From assembly GCA_013812955.1 (NCBI GenBank), contig JACCSO010000450.1, positions 1-56,782 of the forward strand: DNA of 56,782 nucleotides, given 5' to 3'. Source of the stretch: Nannocystis sp. (GTDB lineage Bacteria > Myxococcota_A > Polyangia > Nannocystales > Nannocystaceae). The first letter of the stretch is position 1. The number at the start of each line of letters is the position of its first letter. The translations under genes and the position numbers were made by a program. Below are positions 19,003 through 28,000 of the stretch, piece by piece. The notes beneath the pieces are model-generated. The model was not told the origin of the DNA and ran no database searches. It saw only the letters and a list, made by a program, of their open reading frames with translations.

Positions 19003-19254
19003 AGGCACGCAGGATACCTCAACCGCTGGCGTTCGACGATCGAACTTGCGACAGGTAGGGGGCGCAAATCTGCGCAGATTGGCCGAGACCGTCATCACCG
19101 GGAAGGACCTGGCCAACTCGCTCACAGGTGCGCGGGCCCGGCACGTCGTCAGCTTGTGCTCGTTTCCACGCACATCCTGGGGCCGACGCCGCGTCCCCCG
19201 CCCGGTGTTCGTAGATGGGCAGTAGCGAGTCGTCGCTGAGGACAGTGAGTGGTG

Positions 19255-19657
19255 CTATTGAGGTGGAAACTCCAGGCTGCAATTGTCTCTCGCCCAGATC
19301 ACCAAGTCTTCGATGGCGGCCAACGGCGGCGGATGGCGACGCAGACTTGCGATGATGGTGGCACACTTTTTCGTGTAGGTGCCATTCGTGATTTTCGGGT
19401 CTGGGATGATCTTCCAGTCCATCACGCAATATCCGGTCGTGTATTTGTCAAACGGAACACATTCGCGCGGAAAGAGCGACCAAAGCAGCCCGGATCCGAT
19501 CGTGGCTTTGATGCCGGGCAGTTGTACCAGCGTCTTCAACCTGGCGTCGTGGCTCTGCTGCTCGTTGACAATCTCCAAACCCCGCCATCTGCTGCCAGAG
19601 GCCCTTGAACAAGCGATCGATCGAGGCCGTCGTTTCTTGAAGTGTGAAGGTCGACAT
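19255..19657 (-). pseudogene. Probable frameshifted small gene with a helix-hairpin-helix-like motif, downstream of brxL
   Basis: ATG 19657 has a GGAG RBS. The protein-like sequence continues in the +1 frame from about 19578 (LVQLPGIKATIGSGLLWSLFP..VPFD). Lower GC than BREX by eye. Confidence 0.45.
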
Positions 19658-19698
19658 GGGCTTGCTCCGTGGGTCGGACTACGTCTCGCCGAAAGTGA

Positions 19699-21801
19699 TC
19701 ATGCCTCGACCAGGGCCTTGAAGGCTGCCTGCATGGGGTCGGAGAAGAACTCCACGCGCAGTTTGTCGAGGAGTTCGCTTGGGATGCTGCCGAGGTCGGC
19801 GGCGTTGGTGGTCGGGATCATGACGCGGTTGGCGCCGGAGTCCATGGCGATGCGGAGGCGGTCGGCGAGGTTGTCGATGCGGCTGAGCACGCCGTGGATC
19901 GACATCTGGCCGAGGACGACCAGGCCGGCGCCGATGTTGCGGCCGACCATCGCGGACAGGATGGCGATGAAGAACGCGACCCCGAGGTCGGGCGTGTCGC
20001 GGCCGTGCATCGGGCTCATGACCTGGATGTTGAGGTCGTAGCTGCCGAAGTCGCGGTCGAGGCCGACGCGGCGGCCGTTGGCGCGCAGGTAGTCGAAGGC
20101 CATCTTGGCGCTCTCGCGGATGTCCTTCGAGGTGACGCCGACGAGGTTGAAGCGGCCGGTGCCGGCCATCGAGGCGGCCTGGATCCGAAACAGCGCGACG
20201 CGGTCGGTGTTGGGGTCGACGCCGATGCTGAAGATGTCGCCGGGTGGCAGCGGACCCTCCGGGATCAGGCGGATCGCACCGAGCTCGGCGCACTCGGCGA
20301 AGCGCTCCTCGCCGGTCTCCTTGTCGATGAACGAGAGGTTGACCCGCGAGAACTCGATCGGGTTGATGCGCTTGAGCTGTTCCTTGACGCGGCGCCGCAG
20401 CTCCAGGCCAAAGCTGAGGTACTCGCCGAGCTCCTCCTTGCTGCACTTGCCGTCGGGGTGGATCAGCTTGACCAGGCCCGATACGGTGCGCAGGGCGGCC
20501 TTGCGGTCGCGCTGGCCGACGTGGTTGCCGAGGGCGAAGTGCTGGTCGGCGAGGTCGGTGTAGTTGAGGCGGCGCAGCTCGTTGTGGAAGATCTCGGCGA
20601 TGTAGTCGGCGATGAAGCCGAGGTGCCGTGTGAAGTGCTCGGGCCGTAGCTTCGGCATCTCCCACCCGGGGAGGTAGGCGTGCCAGCGATCGTGGAACGC
20701 GGTGTCGTTGCGCACCGACTCGGGTAGCGCGGTGAACAGGTGTGTCGTGCGGGCGATCGCCTCGACGTTGCCGTCGATGTTGCCGTTGAAGATGATGCCG
20801 GCGTCGGCGCTGATCGTGCCCTTGTCGTCGCCACGCGAGAAGGAGCCCTGCTCCATGTAACCCTTGAACATCTGCTTCTCGGACTCGTTCTTAAAGTACG
20901 AGCCGGCGACCTCGTCGAAGGCGACGAGGTCATAACGGACGACCAGGCCGGGCTTGTCCTTGCGGTGCTTCCACCCGAATAGGTCGGCAACGGAGCCCTG
21001 GCCGCCGGACAGCAGGATCGCGTAGGGCGAGAGCTCGCGGAACACGAACGACTTGCCGGTCTCGCGCGGGCCGAGCTCGATCAAGTTGAAGTTCTTCTCG
21101 ACCATGGGCACGAGGCGCAGCAGGAAGAGGAGCTTGCGGCGCCAGGTGAAGTCGGGGTGCGTGGGCTCGTAGCCCATCGTGCGCAGGAGGACATCGACCC
21201 ACTGTTCGCGGGTGAAGGCGCCGCGGGCGACGAGGAACTCGTCGAGCTGAGCGCTGGCGATCTGGATCGGCTGCATGCGGCTCAGCACGAAGGGCCGCGT
21301 CACGGGGCCGTGAACGAGGGTGTCGTCGTAGGTGAGCTCGACGTTGGACCACACGCCGCCGGTGAGGACGCGCTCGTACTTGTGGACGAGCTCCTCGCTG
21401 ATGTGCATCTTCGTCAGGCCGGCGGTGGCGAGCGCGGCCCAGTACTTGCCGCCCTGATCCTTCTCGTCGAAGGTCACGGTGACGAGGTCGATGAGCTTCA
21501 TCGATCGGCTGCGCTGGAGGCGGGCCTTGATCAGCTCGGCCTGATCGGGGCGTACGACGCGCTCGGCGATCGCTTGCTTGACGAGGTCGAGCCCCTCGCG
21601 GATCTGGACCTCGTCGGTCGTCGAGCAGTACTTGCCGAGCAGGTACTCGAGGACGTAGACAGGGATGTTGAAGCCGACCTTGAGCGCGTGAACGAGGTCC
21701 TTGCGGACCACGCGACCCGGAAAGGCGCTGACGAGCTGCTCGTCGAGCGAGTCGATCGCGGCGCTCTCGGCGGCGGTGGTGTTTGGTTCAGTCCCAGTCA
21801 C
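19699..21801 (-). CDS. brxL: BREX Lon-related AAA+ protein BrxL
   Basis: PVYVLEYLLGKYC, ELGPRETGKS Walker A, VAFDEV Walker B, TAFHDR..AYLPGWE, ELRRRVKEQL, Lon-like C-terminal domain. Last gene of the BREX operon. Confidence 0.95.
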   Translation of the reverse strand: MTGTEPNTTAAESAAIDSLDEQLVSAFPGRVVRKDLVHALKVGFNIPVYVLEYLLGKYCSTTDEVQIREGLDLVKQAIAERVVRPDQAELIKARLQRSRSMKLIDLVTVTFDEKDQGGKYWAALATAGLTKMHISEELVHKYERVLTGGVWSNVELTYDDTLVHGPVTRPFVLSRMQPIQIASAQLDEFLVARGAFTREQWVDVLLRTMGYEPTHPDFTWRRKLLFLLRLVPMVEKNFNLIELGPRETGKSFVFRELSPYAILLSGGQGSVADLFGWKHRKDKPGLVVRYDLVAFDEVAGSYFKNESEKQMFKGYMEQGSFSRGDDKGTISADAGIIFNGNIDGNVEAIARTTHLFTALPESVRNDTAFHDRWHAYLPGWEMPKLRPEHFTRHLGFIADYIAEIFHNELRRLNYTDLADQHFALGNHVGQRDRKAALRTVSGLVKLIHPDGKCSKEELGEYLSFGLELRRRVKEQLKRINPIEFSRVNLSFIDKETGEERFAECAELGAIRLIPEGPLPPGDIFSIGVDPNTDRVALFRIQAASMAGTGRFNLVGVTSKDIRESAKMAFDYLRANGRRVGLDRDFGSYDLNIQVMSPMHGRDTPDLGVAFFIAILSAMVGRNIGAGLVVLGQMSIHGVLSRIDNLADRLRIAMDSGANRVMIPTTNAADLGSIPSELLDKLRVEFFSDPMQAAFKALVEA

Positions 21802-24292
21802 TGATCTCGACCTTGAGCACGGTGTCCATGGCCATCAGGAAGTCGCCGTTGTCGGCGTCGCGCACCTCGATGCGTAGCGGGGTGCCGAGCGCCACGTCCG
21901 GCTTGGGATCTACCAGCTTGAGGGTCAGGATGGTCGGCTTACCTGGGTCGACCACGGCGGGCTCGTGGTGGTGGAACACGAGGATGTCCTGGGCGACCAC
22001 GCGGACGAGGACGCTTCGTGGCAGCAGCGACCCGTCGGCGAAGAGGCCGCTCTGCACGCCGGAGACCAGTTCCAGGCGCGGCTGGAGGCTCGTGATGAAC
22101 TCCAGCTTGCGCAGGGAGACCGGCGTCTTCTTGCGCTTGCCCGACCAGACGGCGATGAAGACGGGGATCACCAGCTCCTGCAAGGTGGCGCCGCCGTGGA
22201 AAAATCCGAGGGCGCCGTAGGTGCGGAAGGCGTTAACGCTACGCGGGACGTAGACCTCGAGATCGCTGCAGGGGACGCGGAGCCGGAGGGCGGTTGCATG
22301 CGTGAGGCCGTGGCCGACGACGGCCCGGCGGGACTGGAAGAGGATGTCGTCGCCTCGGGGCATGTCGTCGCGCTCGTCGGACTCGGGCTGCCAGTGAAAG
22401 AAGCCGTGGTCGGTGGTGACGATGATGCGTGCGTAGCCCGCTGAGCGCAGGGCCCGGATAACGTTTGCGTAGCGCTCCAGGTGGTCCTCGGCACCGCTGA
22501 GCTGTAGGCTGCCCTCGTGGCCGTCGCGGTCGAACTCGTCGCCATAGACGAAGAGCAGTTTGCCTGGTTCGCCAAGCTCGCGCAGACGCGCCCCTTCGAG
22601 GACCTCGTGGGTGGTGAGGCAGGCTTTGGCGCCGCCCTTCTCGATCAGCCAGCGTCGTCGGTTCTCCGCGACGGTGAGGTCGCCGGACCAGCCGTCCGTG
22701 GTCACGCTCCACTGCGGGCGCTTGCCCGTCGTCCACGCGACATGGAGCTTGCTGCGCGGGATCGGGAGGGCGAAGGGCATGCCGAGCGCGGTGATGCTCG
22801 GGACTGGGGCGAGCGCAGGCTCGACCGCAAGGCGCTCGGGCGGGTCTTTCAGCTGCAGAAGCTCGGCGAGGCGGCAGGCGAGCTCGAAGCGGAAAGCGTC
22901 GAGGATCACGAGGGCAGTCGGGAGCTGCTTCTTCTCGCCCAGCTCCTTGAGTACGCGCTCGCCGGCACTCGGGACATCGAGCGCGAGCGCGGGCCCGGCA
23001 ACGTCGAGGCGCTGGGAGAACTCGCGACCAAGGGCGTCGATCGTACGCTGGTAAGCGCGGCGCAAGCGGGCCCGGATCCGATGCATGGGATCGGAGATGC
23101 CTGGCGTCTCCCGAAACAGGGACTCGCCGGCCCGCTCGACCCGCCAAATGTCGCGTGCGTAGGCGTCGATCATGTCCTGGGCGGTGGGCCAGGTATGCTG
23201 CAGGTTGTCATAGTAGGTGAGTACGCAGGCAGCCTCGGCGAGGTCCCTTAATTGGCCCCATAGAACCGGAGAGTCGGCGTGCTCGCCCCAAAACCCCCGC
23301 GCGCGCTCGGCGATCTCGGTGAAGCCGCTCGCCAGCTCGCGGGCGAGCAACAGGACGTCGCTCTCGATCCGCTCGTAGCGCTCGATCTGCTGGTCGAGAA
23401 GGGCCTTCTCGACGGCACGGGACGCCGATGTGCGGGGCGGCGCCGACTGACTGCGCGCCCAGGTGTCGAGTCCGAGGTGACGGTCGGCCTCCAGGACGAG
23501 GCGCTCGAACCCGGCTTTATGGCGCCGGTCGTTCTGGCAGGTCTTCAGGAGCTTGAGGGCGCGGTCGCGGACGAGGCCGACTGAGAGCTCGCGTGCGCCG
23601 AGAGGCGGGGTGCCGCCAGATGCGGCGGCCTCCATGAGCAAGAGCCGTTGCATGGCCTCGATCCGCCATTCGCCCTCGGAGCCCTTGCTGGGGTCCGGGA
23701 GGCCGAGGTCCTCCATCACGCGGCTGGCGAAGACGGGGAAGACCCCCTCGGCGCGGAGGGCCGGGAACAGGGCGCTCTCGCTGGTGAGGACGTCTAGGAT
23801 GCGACTGTCGTCGAAGAGGGCGCCCTTGGCGGCGCTCGGGGTCAACTCTTGCCACACCGAGCGGGGGTGGTCGAACCAGGTCCGGGCCTGGAGCGCGAGG
23901 ATCGGCCGGAGCTCGGCCTCGTGGCGGCGCGCGACCGGGACACCGTAGTCCGCGAGGGCCTCGGCGAGGCTGCTGGTCCATACGCGCTCTGCCGCCAGCT
24001 CATAGACCTTAAAATAGGTGACATCGGTGCGCGCACGGGGAAGCCAAATGATCCGCCGACGGCGCGGCTCATGGGCGAAGCGGTCGCGCAGCACCAGCTC
24101 GTGCGGATCTGGTTCGCCGGCGGGCGGGGCCCAGAGCTCCACGCCCGCAGGCTCGGCCGCCAGGCGCAGAAGGTCGATCCACTCGCGGTCAGGGTCGTAC
24201 CAGACCATGAAGGGCGCCGGCTTACCCTTAGCGGGTAATGCCATTTTGATCTGGCTGATGAGCCATGCTCGCAAGGATGTATCTTGGCTCAT
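21788..24292 (-). CDS. pglZ: BREX PglZ-domain (alkaline phosphatase superfamily) protein (834 aa)
   Basis: ILDAFRFE, PSITALGM, DRDGH, TTDHG and HGGATLQE motifs. GGAGG RBS before ATG 24292. Confidence 0.92.
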   Translation of the reverse strand: MSQDTSLRAWLISQIKMALPAKGKPAPFMVWYDPDREWIDLLRLAAEPAGVELWAPPAGEPDPHELVLRDRFAHEPRRRRIIWLPRARTDVTYFKVYELAAERVWTSSLAEALADYGVPVARRHEAELRPILALQARTWFDHPRSVWQELTPSAAKGALFDDSRILDVLTSESALFPALRAEGVFPVFASRVMEDLGLPDPSKGSEGEWRIEAMQRLLLMEAAASGGTPPLGARELSVGLVRDRALKLLKTCQNDRRHKAGFERLVLEADRHLGLDTWARSQSAPPRTSASRAVEKALLDQQIERYERIESDVLLLARELASGFTEIAERARGFWGEHADSPVLWGQLRDLAEAACVLTYYDNLQHTWPTAQDMIDAYARDIWRVERAGESLFRETPGISDPMHRIRARLRRAYQRTIDALGREFSQRLDVAGPALALDVPSAGERVLKELGEKKQLPTALVILDAFRFELACRLAELLQLKDPPERLAVEPALAPVPSITALGMPFALPIPRSKLHVAWTTGKRPQWSVTTDGWSGDLTVAENRRRWLIEKGGAKACLTTHEVLEGARLRELGEPGKLLFVYGDEFDRDGHEGSLQLSGAEDHLERYANVIRALRSAGYARIIVTTDHGFFHWQPESDERDDMPRGDDILFQSRRAVVGHGLTHATALRLRVPCSDLEVYVPRSVNAFRTYGALGFFHGGATLQELVIPVFIAVWSGKRKKTPVSLRKLEFITSLQPRLELVSGVQSGLFADGSLLPRSVLVRVVAQDILVFHHHEPAVVDPGKPTILTLKLVDPKPDVALGTPLRIEVRDADNGDFLMAMDTVLKVEISDWD

Positions 24293-25041
24293 GCTACCGT
24301 CCTCCCGCGCGGTACCCACTTGCACCGAAGTCTAAGCGGCCGAGCGGCCGAGGCCATGCCCTCCAAGTCCTCTTTTGGAACAATCGACTTCTGAACGGCG
24401 CATTCGTCGAACTTTCGAATCAGTCCCTCGACGGCGTCGCGTGCCGACACAATGCGTTCGTATTTCAGTTGGATTGGCTCCCCCGCCGTTGCGCTCATTT
24501 CCGGGTAGTTCTTGCAGAATTTCTCATCCGCAATGCCATCTGCGTGGACGAGCCTGTGACGAAGCTCAAGGTATGGAAGCGCAGCTCTGCGAACTTCTTC
24601 GCCGACCCCCAAGCCGAGCTTCACATCCAGCGAGGACAAGAGCTTCGCTACACCGCTCTTTTTGGCCTCCTCCTCGAGCCGTCGGAAGAGACGTCTGGCA
24701 GCGCCAGCAAGCAGTGAGGTCATGTACTCGGCAAAGTCCTCATAGAGGTCCTTAATAAAGGACGCATGTACGGTTCGCTTGAGGTGTGTCACCGCGATAG
24801 TGCGGTTATGTTGATTTGCCTCGCGGGCAGCCAGTCGCGGATGCCTTTCCGGTCTGACATGCTCCAACAGAAAACCCCCGCTCGGTCGTGACAACCTCCC
24901 GCCGTACACGGCCGACCTGAAGACATCCACCAACTCGACGTCGCCCTCGAAGTGAGCGAGCCGATTCAAGAAACGTGCATAGTACTTCGTCTTCTTGACT
25001 GTGGTGGCTGGAGCAGAGATCTGCGGTAGTTGACTCGGCAT
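24289..25041 (-). CDS. Hypothetical protein with HEPN-like RX4H motif (250 aa), inserted in the BREX operon
   Basis: AAGGA RBS. Helical sequence with DLYEDF and LELRHRLVHADG (RX4H at 24544-24561). Stop overlaps the pglZ ATG. Lower GC than the flanks. Confidence 0.65.
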   Translation of the reverse strand: MPSQLPQISAPATTVKKTKYYARFLNRLAHFEGDVELVDVFRSAVYGGRLSRPSGGFLLEHVRPERHPRLAAREANQHNRTIAVTHLKRTVHASFIKDLYEDFAEYMTSLLAGAARRLFRRLEEEAKKSGVAKLLSSLDVKLGLGVGEEVRRAALPYLELRHRLVHADGIADEKFCKNYPEMSATAGEPIQLKYERIVSARDAVEGLIRKFDECAVQKSIVPKEDLEGMASAARPLRLRCKWVPRGRTVA

Positions 25042-25061
25042 GACGTGTTCCTTAGTGCGGC

Positions 25062-28000
25062 CTATCGAATGTCGGGCCACCAGCCGAGCTGTGGTAGTCG
25101 GCCGCCGCGGCACCAGCGGCGTTCGTCGCTGCGCCAGCGGGCGCGGTCCTCGAGAGCCTTCTGCAGGTCCTTGGTCGGCAGCACGTCGGCAGCGAGCAGG
25201 CCGGCGCGCTGCAACGGGGCGATGTTGACGCGCACGCCGTCGTTGAGATCGGGGGTGTAGGCTTGCTCCTGGCGGATGAACGCGGGCAAGTCACGCGGGG
25301 CCGGCCGACCGGGATCGGGGGCGCTGTGCTCGTCATGAACGGCGAAGCCGCTGGCCAGGGCGAGGACGTGTCGCCATGCGGCGGAGGCCCAGGCGCGGAC
25401 GATGGTGCGGAGCTCGGCTTGCGGCGCGTCGACCGCACGGACCTTCTTCACCGTGAAGAACCGCTTCGGGATGTTGCTGTAGGCGGCCTCGCAGCGGTCG
25501 GTGAGCAGAGCGTCGAGGCGCGTGAACAGGTGTGTGTACACGACGGCCTGAAGCGCGGCTGTTTGAGTCTCAAGGATGTGCTGGGCCTCCGCGACGACGT
25601 CGGGTGTGCCGCTTGCGAGGGCCTTGGCCTGTGCAAGTGGGAAGGCAGGACGCGCGCGCGCGGGGTCGAGGAGTTCGGCCAAGCGGGCGGCGGTCGGATC
25701 TGTCTCGGCGAGCTTCTCGGCCTGGGTGGCGATGGACTTCGCGCCGTCGCGCTCGAGCGTAACGAAGGTCTCAAATGTCCCGGCGCCAGCGAGGTTTTGA
25801 GCGAGCGACTCGAGGTCGCTCCGAAGACCCGTGCGAAACGGTTCTAAGTCGACGATTGTGGGCTCGTCGAGGATGGATACGCCGGAAGCTGGAAGCACGC
25901 TAGGCAGAGCCTGGCGGGCCCTGGTGGCGGCCTCCTCGAGGGCGCGCAGGTAAGTCGTGGCGGGGGCATTCAGGGCCTCGGACGGGAGCGTGGCGACGAG
26001 TCGGCGCGTGAGGGCGTCGAGTAACTGGGCGAGGTGGCTCTCGGCGGCATCGTCGATGGCGCAAGCGGCGAGTTCGGGGGTGAAGAAGCCGCGCTCGATG
26101 ACCTTGCCGAGGTCGTCGTCCAGGTCGCGCAGGGCCTTGATCTGCTCCTCGAGGGCCGGCACGCGCTCTCGCTGGACGTCGGTATGCTTGTCCCTCGAGA
26201 TGGCCTCGAGGCCGCGGAGCTCGGTCTCGGCACGGGTGCGCAGCGGGCGGAGGTAGTGCGTGCGGAGCTTGGGGAGGGAGTCCGCCTCGAGGGCGTGGAA
26301 GTGCAGGAGGCAGGCGAAGGCCAGGCGGGTGCCTCGCTTCGGAGCAGCGCTCTGAAGCTGCCAGGCGACCGGGCGGCGGCGGAACTGGGTGATGTGATGG
26401 CGGAAGAAGCCGCCTTCGCTCCACGCCTCGAGGGACAGGCCGGCGATCTCGGCGATGTCGCGTTCGGTCTCACCCAGCGGTGTGTCGGGGAACTCGGCGG
26501 TGAGGCGGGCGCGCATGCGGGCGATCAGCGTGGACTCGTGGGTGCCCTCGGTGATCGGGATGATGCCGTCGCTATCGGCCCACGCGGGGAGAGGTTCGCC
26601 GGCGATGACCTGTTGGGGCCACTGGTGGCCGAGCAGGTGTAGAGTCAGGATGGTGAGGCGATCGCGGACGACGCGCTGCTCCTCGGGAGCGCAGCGCCAG
26701 CCTTGCGTCTCGATGCCAGTGCGCAGGAGGCTGTGGAGCGAGATCGGGTGGACGCTGAAGCGCTGAGCGAGGGCTTCGAGGAAGGTCTCGGTGGGGATCG
26801 GCTGGCCAGTGAGGCCCTCGTCCGCTTCGTCGTCGCCAGTATCGTCCTCGTCGTCGCTACTGCCACTGGGGCCGGCCTCGAGCGCGGCGCGCAAGGTGGC
26901 CGGGATGGGAGCGGTGGTGCGCGTGGGCGGGAGCGTCGGCGCGACGCAATCGCCCGGCCAAGGGAGTTCGTCGTGGTCCGTGTGGCCCTCGACGAGGTCG
27001 AACCACCCGGCGGGGGTGCCCACGTCGGCGATGATCGTGGCAGTGTCGGCTTCGTCGAGGTCGTACGCGGCGAAGGCGTCGCGCTCCGACTGGCCCTCGA
27101 GGGTGTGGAGAACGGCGGACTCGGCAAACGTGCTCAAGAGATCGTCTCGAGCCCAGGTGCGCAGCGTCGGAGCTGTGTAGTCCTTGGGGCGGCAGAAGGC
27201 CCGTTCGGTCGGGTCGCGTGCGATCAGGACTCGCTTGCTCTTGACGAGGCTGTCGGTCGATGTTGCCGGTTCAAGGGCTCGGGATCTGTCGTCCGGGATC
27301 GGAGCACGGACGACAGAGTCGACTTCAAACGCGAGACTCGGCGAGCTCGTTCGGACGAAGAATGAGAAAATGCGAGAATTGCAGTAGTGAGCAGTCTTCT
27401 CGGACTTGAAAAAAATGCCGGGGCCCTTATCCGAGAAGGTTCCAGGCTGGTCCTGAAAGCGTGCCCCCATCGCTCCACGGGCCATGCGGCTGTAGTTCCA
27501 GCCCGGCTTGAAGTAAAAATCAGGGTTGCGGATTACAGATCCCGGAAACCCTGCAAGTCGGGCGCCGTGATGCTGCCAGTCGACCATCCACCACTGGTGA
27601 CCGAACCACTTGGCATAACCGCCGCCTTTTTCAAACGGAACCCATCGTCCATCCTGGGGAAAAGTGCGTGTCCAAGTCGCGCGAGGGGTCTCCCAAACGA
27701 AGCGGACGAAGCGGACGTCTTCAGCCGTCGCCATCCCCTGCGCAACGCGAGCAACATCTCCAAATTTCGGGCCAGCGAGAAGCTGGAAAAAGTGCTCCCG
27801 AAGCCAGTATGCGATCGGCCGCTGTGGGATGCGGAGGAGTTGCGCTTGCTGCGGCTGGAAGACATACGGCACCGTCGAGTCCCGCGTCGCAGCTTGTAGG
27901 AGGCTCGCCTGCAACGCTGCTTCCCGAGGGACCGTCAAGCGGCAGCACCACATGGGCGCGTGCTCCTGTGCCGGGGCGTTGCGTAAGACGAAGAGCACGG

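Noticed and set aside
19100-19250. Search for att sites or target duplications bounding the defence island (compared with ~45560-45700)
   Set aside because: Only short GC-rich matches such as gtgttcg were found by eye; not significant.
19699-20300. BrxL Lon domain lacks the Ser-Lys dyad (DTPDLG, ADRLR)
   Set aside because: Real, but already known for many BrxL proteins, so not novel.
27409-27415. A7 tract in pglX (also G8 at 122-129) as phase-variation sites
   Set aside because: Short, in frame, and no flanking invertible repeats or recombinase were seen.
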